In this document: piece by piece, positions 57,997 through 64,000 of the stretch
How the letters are laid out: each line of letters starts with the position of its first letter
How positions within the stretch are numbered: position 1 is the stretch's first letter
Virus record (IMG/VR): IMGVR_UViG_3300011116_001227
Strand: one strand, 5' to 3'
Source of the DNA: a virus
Lineage: Duplodnaviria > Caudoviricetes
DNA length: 64,000 nucleotides
Made by a program: the position numbers and the translations under genes
Notes under the pieces: model-generated
Seen by the model: the letters and a program-made list of their open reading frames with translations, nothing else
What the model was told of the DNA's origin: nothing
Databases searched by the model: none

Positions 57997-60900
57997 ATGG
58001 CAGCAAAAATAGGATCAATCAGCTCACCATCTTACGTTAAGTCAATACAGCAAGATGCTAAGCCTATACAACTTACTGCCGAAGACATCAAGTCATTAAA
58101 TGAGTCTGTAGATTTTAGTTCTGGTGATTGGGACTTTAAATTTGATCCAATCAATTATCCTCTAAAAAGTACACAACAATTAAACGTTGACTGGTCTAAA
58201 TTTGAAAATCATACGTTCTTTTCTTCTGCTGAAGTAAAAGTCAACGAAGCTTTTAATCTTATCATTAATAATTTTCCATTCGACGGAACAAAAAAAGAGA
58301 TTCAAACTTTTCTTGACAAGTTGACAGGATTTGAAAAATACGTCTACGATAATTTTCCCGTGTGGTCGGGAGCTCTCCAATTTTCTGGCACTAAAGTAGG
58401 TGAAGATTTCAACGGAACGAAAGGAAGTTGGATATCTGTAAAAGACAAATCAGGTTATCTTTATCCAGATATATCTAAAAACAACAAGGGCGAAGTTATC
58501 ATTAATCCTGATGCGTCGGGATCGATTTCTATTGAAACGCTCGTTTATCTTCCGACGATAACAAATTCTACACAAGTTATTTGTCAGAAACAGTCTTCAC
58601 CTAACGATGGTTTCACATTATACTTGAGCCCAGATGCGTCTGCAAGTTACGCAACTGCAAGCTTTAGTATTTCTTCAGGATCTTCAAAGCTCAACACTTC
58701 TGCAGTGTTAAAGAAGGGAGCTTACAATCATATTTGCGTAGTTTTTAATAGAGAAGAAAATTTTCCTGATGCAAATTTACAATTTTATGTCAATGAAAAA
58801 TTAATTTCAACAAGCTCAAACGTGATGAGCTTTGGTAAATTGGACATAGACAATTCAGACTTCTTGATAGGAACTGGCAGCGCATTTTATTACAATAACT
58901 CACTAGTTACACCTACACAGACATTTAGCGGAACACTAGATGAATTTAGACTTTTTCACAGCGTTAGGTCTGTAGAAAAACAAAAATTATACTTTGATAG
59001 AGGAATCTATTCAACACCTGATTTAAAGCTGTATTACAGATTTAACGAACCACCTCCTCTTCTATCTTTGATAAATGAACAAGAAGCAGTCAACTCAATA
59101 GTTCTTGATAGCTCTGGTAATTCTTTACATGCTTATGTTAATAATTTTACAGGATCTTTAAGAGTTAACTCTGCTCTAGACACATTAAATCCTGTATCAA
59201 ATGAGAAAAGAGAATTTACTGTCGTTTTATTTCCAGCTTACGATGAAGTCAAAAATTTAAACGCTAACTTGCTGTTGACGGCAAGTCTTTATGATCAAGC
59301 AAATCCCAACTACATTGTCAAATTAATACCAAAACATTATCTTCTTGAGGGAGCTGACGACGAAGGATATTTCAATGCTAATGGAAATGCAGGAGATGCA
59401 TACTCAGGGTCTGGAATTCCTGGTCAAGGTCAAAAGGGATCGACTCATATTATTCTGACATTCTTGTACATTTGGTCGAAATTTTTCGACGACATCAAGA
59501 TGTTTGTCGACGCATTTGGTACTTTAAAGACGGTAGGTTATGATTTAAATGAAACCACGCCCGATGCTTTCTTAACTGACTTAATAAAGAGCTACGGCTT
59601 TTACTTACCTTCTTTTTTTAATCATGCAGACATAAACAAATTTTCTGATGACGATGACACAGGTCAAACAACTCAGTATACAACAGGTTTAGCATTCAAG
59701 AAAGTACATTCTCAAATAATGAGAAGAGTCATTGTAAACATCAATGACTTTGTGAGATCAAAAGGAACGAAGCACAGCATCAGGTCTTTCTTGAGATCAG
59801 TAGGAATTGATCCCGACAACAGCCTCAAGATTAGAGAATTCGGTGGAAATACAACGAAGCAGCTTGGAGCATCAAGAAATAAACGTTTAGAATCACTTCC
59901 TATTGTAGACTTTACAAGCGCTTCAATAGCATTATCGTCGCCTCTAACGGCGTCAAGAATAGAACCAGGATTTCCAACACCGTCAGGACAATTTGTTTAT
60001 TCCGATAATCACATTGTGGGAACAACAAATTCTTCAGATGGTCTTCTCACTTCTGGATCGTGGTCTGTAGAATGCAATTACAAATTTCCTCCTTACAAGA
60101 TCGATGTAATAGGAAATTCAAATCAGTCCTTACTGAGAATGGTTGTAACAGGCAGCAATGCATATGCAAAACCAGGTCTAATTACAAACATAATCGCAAC
60201 TCAAAAAACAGTCACTGAACCATCGACAATTACAGCTTATGTAAGACCCGGTTCAGCTGTTGATTCTCCAACGCTTACACTTTCTTTAAATCTTTCTGGT
60301 TCTGGAATATTCGATGGAGAAAGATGGAATATTTCTTTTGGTAGAAAGAGATCAGATGAGTTTGGTTTAAATTATTTATCTTCTAGCTATTTCTTAAGAG
60401 CAGGCAAGTCTAATTACGGAGACGTTGAAGAAGTCTATACAACTTCACAATTCTTCCACGAGAAAAAATCAACAGAAGCTAACATCTTTGAAGTTTCTTC
60501 TCCTTTGTATAATGCGTCTGGTTCTTATATCTCTATTGGATCAGATCAAACAATTCCTACGTCGATTTTGTATCCTTATCTGAATAATACTGCAGAAGTA
60601 TCAGACGAAGCTAGAACAACGTCGTTCTATGGTTGGACTTCACACTTAAGATTCTGGTCTAAATTTATAGATGTAAACGAATGGAAAGAACACGTAAGAA
60701 ATTACAAATCTGCAGGTGTTTCTAATCCAAAAGTAAATTATAACTTCGTCACTAATGTTTCTGGCTCTTTCAATAAATTGAGAATGGACACTTTCTCAAA
60801 ACAACCAGTAAGAGACGCAGATAATACTGGAAAAATTATCTTTGTTGACCACAGCTATAATAATCTTGTTATGACAGGATCAGCATTTGGATCCGGATCT

Positions 60901-61512
60901 AATGTCGTGATCATCGGCGACGTAGGATCTTACAGCTACTTGTCACCTGATTTTGATGAGGCTTCTACTGATGAAAAAGTTAGAATTAGAGGTCTAAGTC
61001 AGTCAAGCAATCTAGATGAAAATCCTTATGCGTCTATCGGACCAGCTTACTCGAGCAACGAATCCTTTATGAAAGAAGAGCCGAGTGATGATACGCGTTT
61101 GTCGGTAGAATTTTCTCTCACTGATGCTCTTAATAGAGACATCATAACAATGTTTTCAGATCTTGATGTTCTTGGTGACGCAATTGGAAGACCTGAAAAT
61201 ATGTTTTCTTCTGACTATCCTGATCTTGACGTTCTAAGAGACGTTTATTTTAATAGACTTACTGAAAATCTTAATTTTAGAAACTTCTTGGAATTTTATA
61301 GATGGTTCGATTTGTCAATATCGTCTTTTATTGAGCAGTTAATTCCCGGGAAGACTCGCTATAAAGGAACTAATTTCGTTATAGAATCTCACATGCTCGA
61401 GAGACATAAACGAGAATTTAGACACAGCGAGAATTATTTAGGTAAGCAACAAATTGTAAGTGCAGATAAGTTACTACTGCAGCAAATAGCAGGCGAACTT
61501 AAAAAGTACTAG
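57997..61512 (+). CDS. Large baseplate/tail protein with LamG domains
   Basis: YNHICVVF, FSGTLDEFRLF, KLYYRFNE, DSSGNSLH, VRSKGTKHSI, IESHMLER. Confidence 0.6.
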   Translation: MAAKIGSISSPSYVKSIQQDAKPIQLTAEDIKSLNESVDFSSGDWDFKFDPINYPLKSTQQLNVDWSKFENHTFFSSAEVKVNEAFNLIINNFPFDGTKKEIQTFLDKLTGFEKYVYDNFPVWSGALQFSGTKVGEDFNGTKGSWISVKDKSGYLYPDISKNNKGEVIINPDASGSISIETLVYLPTITNSTQVICQKQSSPNDGFTLYLSPDASASYATASFSISSGSSKLNTSAVLKKGAYNHICVVFNREENFPDANLQFYVNEKLISTSSNVMSFGKLDIDNSDFLIGTGSAFYYNNSLVTPTQTFSGTLDEFRLFHSVRSVEKQKLYFDRGIYSTPDLKLYYRFNEPPPLLSLINEQEAVNSIVLDSSGNSLHAYVNNFTGSLRVNSALDTLNPVSNEKREFTVVLFPAYDEVKNLNANLLLTASLYDQANPNYIVKLIPKHYLLEGADDEGYFNANGNAGDAYSGSGIPGQGQKGSTHIILTFLYIWSKFFDDIKMFVDAFGTLKTVGYDLNETTPDAFLTDLIKSYGFYLPSFFNHADINKFSDDDDTGQTTQYTTGLAFKKVHSQIMRRVIVNINDFVRSKGTKHSIRSFLRSVGIDPDNSLKIREFGGNTTKQLGASRNKRLESLPIVDFTSASIALSSPLTASRIEPGFPTPSGQFVYSDNHIVGTTNSSDGLLTSGSWSVECNYKFPPYKIDVIGNSNQSLLRMVVTGSNAYAKPGLITNIIATQKTVTEPSTITAYVRPGSAVDSPTLTLSLNLSGSGIFDGERWNISFGRKRSDEFGLNYLSSSYFLRAGKSNYGDVEEVYTTSQFFHEKKSTEANIFEVSSPLYNASGSYISIGSDQTIPTSILYPYLNNTAEVSDEARTTSFYGWTSHLRFWSKFIDVNEWKEHVRNYKSAGVSNPKVNYNFVTNVSGSFNKLRMDTFSKQPVRDADNTGKIIFVDHSYNNLVMTGSAFGSGSNVVIIGDVGSYSYLSPDFDEASTDEKVRIRGLSQSSNLDENPYASIGPAYSSNESFMKEEPSDDTRLSVEFSLTDALNRDIITMFSDLDVLGDAIGRPENMFSSDYPDLDVLRDVYFNRLTENLNFRNFLEFYRWFDLSISSFIEQLIPGKTRYKGTNFVIESHMLERHKREFRHSENYLGKQQIVSADKLLLQQIAGELKKY

Positions 61513-61521
61513 GAGTGAACT

Positions 61522-62583
61522 TTGTCAAAAAATAACACAGTCCAGACAGAAAATTTAAATAACGGACAGTGGCCAGATTTATTTGGCTTTGACGAGACAC
61601 CTGTGTCTGCTGAAGTTTCATACTTCGTAATTGAAACAGACACCAATTATTATTCTACACAAAGACAGTTAGAAGCAGAAGCAAATCGAAAATTTTTAGA
61701 TCGATCTGCTGCACAATCTATTTCAGGATCAACTTCAGCGTCTAATTTCTTTTTAAATACTGCTAAAAAGTCAAGAACTACATCAAACGGATATCTTACA
61801 GGATCGATCATAGACAAATTCCGTCAAGGTGTAGAATTAAATCAAGCTTCACACTGGTCCGCAGGATTTTATAAAATTTCAGCAGGAACTCCGGGACATT
61901 TAATTGCACCCGTCAACTTCGGCATTAATGAATCTTATAATGTGACAAGCAATGATTATTTCGAAGAATTAAGCTTGTTTAATCCTATAGAGTTTATTGC
62001 GCTTCAAGACACAGACAAGCCGATTGATGAGATCATTACATTTCCAATTGTCACTTCTGATGCAAATCAGAGAGAAAACTACGTTCTAAATGGAGTGATC
62101 GAGCCTTTTCCAATTAGACCAATAATTTCTCAGTTTAGCATCAACTTTCCATTTGAACCGCATGGAGTTGTAGCCAACTTTGGAAATGGCAACCCTTTTA
62201 TGCGATCCTCGTCAGATAATGTCAGTCAAATATATGACTTTGATCCATTAAGAATTAATCAAAAAGTATTCTTGGATAACGGAGATCCAATTGTAATAAC
62301 AGACGAGAATGGAAATACAAGTTTGGAAATGGGTCCTAATTTGGCTTATATTTCTTGGGATCAAAATGTTAATGAACCTTTTGAAGATTCGATACCATCT
62401 CGAGGTGACGAATTAGAATCTACACGTCAATACGAGAGTGATCTGCTAGCAGCAGTCAGAGCAATGAGACCATTGAACACAACTTACTTAACAGCAAATC
62501 AAGTCTCTTCAAGAACGGGTTTTACTTACGATAACACTCTTCAAGGGGTCGATTCAATTGCATACGGAGGCTTGCTTCGCTGA
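61522..62583 (+). CDS. Hypothetical structural protein
   Basis: ORF coupled to next gene (TGATG). Confidence 0.5.
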   Translation: MSKNNTVQTENLNNGQWPDLFGFDETPVSAEVSYFVIETDTNYYSTQRQLEAEANRKFLDRSAAQSISGSTSASNFFLNTAKKSRTTSNGYLTGSIIDKFRQGVELNQASHWSAGFYKISAGTPGHLIAPVNFGINESYNVTSNDYFEELSLFNPIEFIALQDTDKPIDEIITFPIVTSDANQRENYVLNGVIEPFPIRPIISQFSINFPFEPHGVVANFGNGNPFMRSSSDNVSQIYDFDPLRINQKVFLDNGDPIVITDENGNTSLEMGPNLAYISWDQNVNEPFEDSIPSRGDELESTRQYESDLLAAVRAMRPLNTTYLTANQVSSRTGFTYDNTLQGVDSIAYGGLLR

Positions 62584-64000
62584 TGTCGTTCAAAGACAAA
62601 AAACTTCCTCCCAGCAGAGACTTTGATAAGTATTTTGCTAATTTTCAAAATGATCCATTCGCATCTTCAGTGGGTCTAAAAAGCATAAATCCAAATTCTT
62701 GGAATAGATTAGGTCCAATCCAGTCAAGCAGTCAGGGATATGTTGAGTATCTAGAAGAGCCTACAGCGTCATCTTCTTTAGACCCGGGAGGCAATACATA
62801 CGTCAAGTCTATTGGATTTGATTTTGAATTTGACGGAAAGACTTATTCTAATTTCATAGCAAGTCCACATGGCTGGATCGCACTTCTAGATCCAAGTGCA
62901 TCAATTGATTCGTCTAATCTAGACAAAATTTATAGTCAACGTCTTCTAGCAAGTGGAAGTAGCTCTTTTTGCAACACTTCAATTACATCATCTTTTGTAA
63001 ACAAAGATGTTTTTCTTGCACCTTGGTTTGACAGACTAATGATGACGCATAAAGATGCTGATTCGTTCATAACATTTTATTCTGGCACTGCTCCGTCTGT
63101 CGTCAGTCAAAGAGAAAATTTCTTGTATGGAAGATCTACAACAAAAGATCAACCATTTGATGAATTAACATCAGGTATGCGGTATGCTACAGTTGATGAT
63201 TCAGTCGATGGTAAATCTCTTGTAGTTCGTTGGTCTTCAATGGGATACGGATACAGAAATAAAAAATTAAATTTTGAAACAGCGATTTATGAAAATGGAA
63301 AAATAGAATTCAACTATGCACCTCTTGAATCTTATTCCACAGATTACACTCTTGTAAAGTTATCTGCTGATCCAAGCAGCGTTTGGAAATTAGATGATAC
63401 ATCGGCTTCTGCTATCGATTCTCGAGGAGTTCAAAATTTATCTCATAAGAATTCTGTTGCTTATAACGTAGACGGAAAAATATCTAGAGCAGCTTTCTAC
63501 TCAGGAAGTAGTACTTCAGTCACATACACAGGAAATTCAAGTTTTGCTGATTTTTTAGTAACAAATTCTTTTTCTTTCAGCGCATGGTTTAAAACTACAG
63601 ATTCTTCAAATCAGACTATTACAGGAAGAATGGCGTATGACTTCAGTAGAGGTTATTCTCTAAGACTGAGTGGCGGGTATATAGAATTTACTCTCAATAA
63701 GACGTGGAACACTTCTACGCTTCAAGCAAGATCTACATTAAATACTTACAATGATGGTCAATGGCATCACGTTGTTGTCACGTATAATGGAACTGCCACG
63801 CTAAGTGGAATTAAAATCTATGTAGACGGTCAGCAAATATCAACTACTGGTCCTTATACATCTTTGACAACAAGTGACAATATATCTTCCCCTTCTGGTC
63901 AAGGTAGATTTATGATTGGTGGGGTAGGAATTGACAACACAAACAACCAGCAATTTACAGGCTCACTCGATGACATTGCTGTGTGGTCTTCTGTATTGAC
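62583..64000 (+). CDS. LamG-domain tail/fibre-like protein (partial, runs off window end)
   Basis: Not in ORF track. MSFKDKKLPP..., later FSFSAWFKTT, YNDGQWHHVVVTYNG, IYVDG, FTGSLDDIAVWS in frame. Confidence 0.8.
   Translation, partial: MSFKDKKLPPSRDFDKYFANFQNDPFASSVGLKSINPNSWNRLGPIQSSSQGYVEYLEEPTASSSLDPGGNTYVKSIGFDFEFDGKTYSNFIASPHGWIALLDPSASIDSSNLDKIYSQRLLASGSSSFCNTSITSSFVNKDVFLAPWFDRLMMTHKDADSFITFYSGTAPSVVSQRENFLYGRSTTKDQPFDELTSGMRYATVDDSVDGKSLVVRWSSMGYGYRNKKLNFETAIYENGKIEFNYAPLESYSTDYTLVKLSADPSSVWKLDDTSASAIDSRGVQNLSHKNSVAYNVDGKISRAAFYSGSSTSVTYTGNSSFADFLVTNSFSFSAWFKTTDSSNQTITGRMAYDFSRGYSLRLSGGYIEFTLNKTWNTSTLQARSTLNTYNDGQWHHVVVTYNGTATLSGIKIYVDGQQISTTGPYTSLTTSDNISSPSGQGRFMIGGVGIDNTNNQQFTGSLDDIAVWSSVL

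Noticed and set aside
1-64000. Stop-codon reassignment as in some jumbo phages
   Set aside because: Genes are full length and densely packed in the standard code; TAA, TGA and TAG all end genes at sensible positions
1-64000. tRNA or rRNA genes
   Set aside because: No intergenic gap showed a cloverleaf or rRNA signature by eye; tRNAscan-SE would confirm

Overview
AT-rich 64-kb fragment of a large (probably jumbo) tailed dsDNA phage with a contractile-tail baseplate (gp25- and gp6-like genes). The host cannot be assigned from the sequence. Genes point away from one AT-rich intergenic region at 27590-27722: almost all minus-strand to the left, all plus-strand to the right. Left arm: SbcD/SbcC-type recombination nuclease gene broken in two by a free-standing Vsr-like (EDxHD) homing endonuclease with no intein or intron, then primase, RuvC-like resolvase, gp4/TnsA-like nuclease, a block of large virion proteins, PIN-PhoH, a solo sigma region-4 protein, an Hc1-like histone, a DinG-like helicase, ClpP and a degenerate GroEL. 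Right arm: a ~21-kb glycosylation island (about 11 glycosyltransferase-like genes, methyltransferases, HddA/GmhA heptose genes, Glf, UDP-glucose dehydrogenase, a UDP-xylose-synthase-like enzyme). It holds a Cas4-like nuclease, an endonuclease pseudogene and a 258-nt group I intron, missed by the ORF track, in a GT4 gene. A sigma-like gene and baseplate/tail-fibre genes follow. Best leads: the intein-less fractured SbcCD with charge-complementary ends; a possible proteoglycan-like virion glycosylation system (sugar enzymes plus [S/T]-G-S enrichment in virion proteins); a non-canonical heptose pathway; and an AGCT-repeat origin candidate. Family assignments come from motif recognition by eye; no database search was run.
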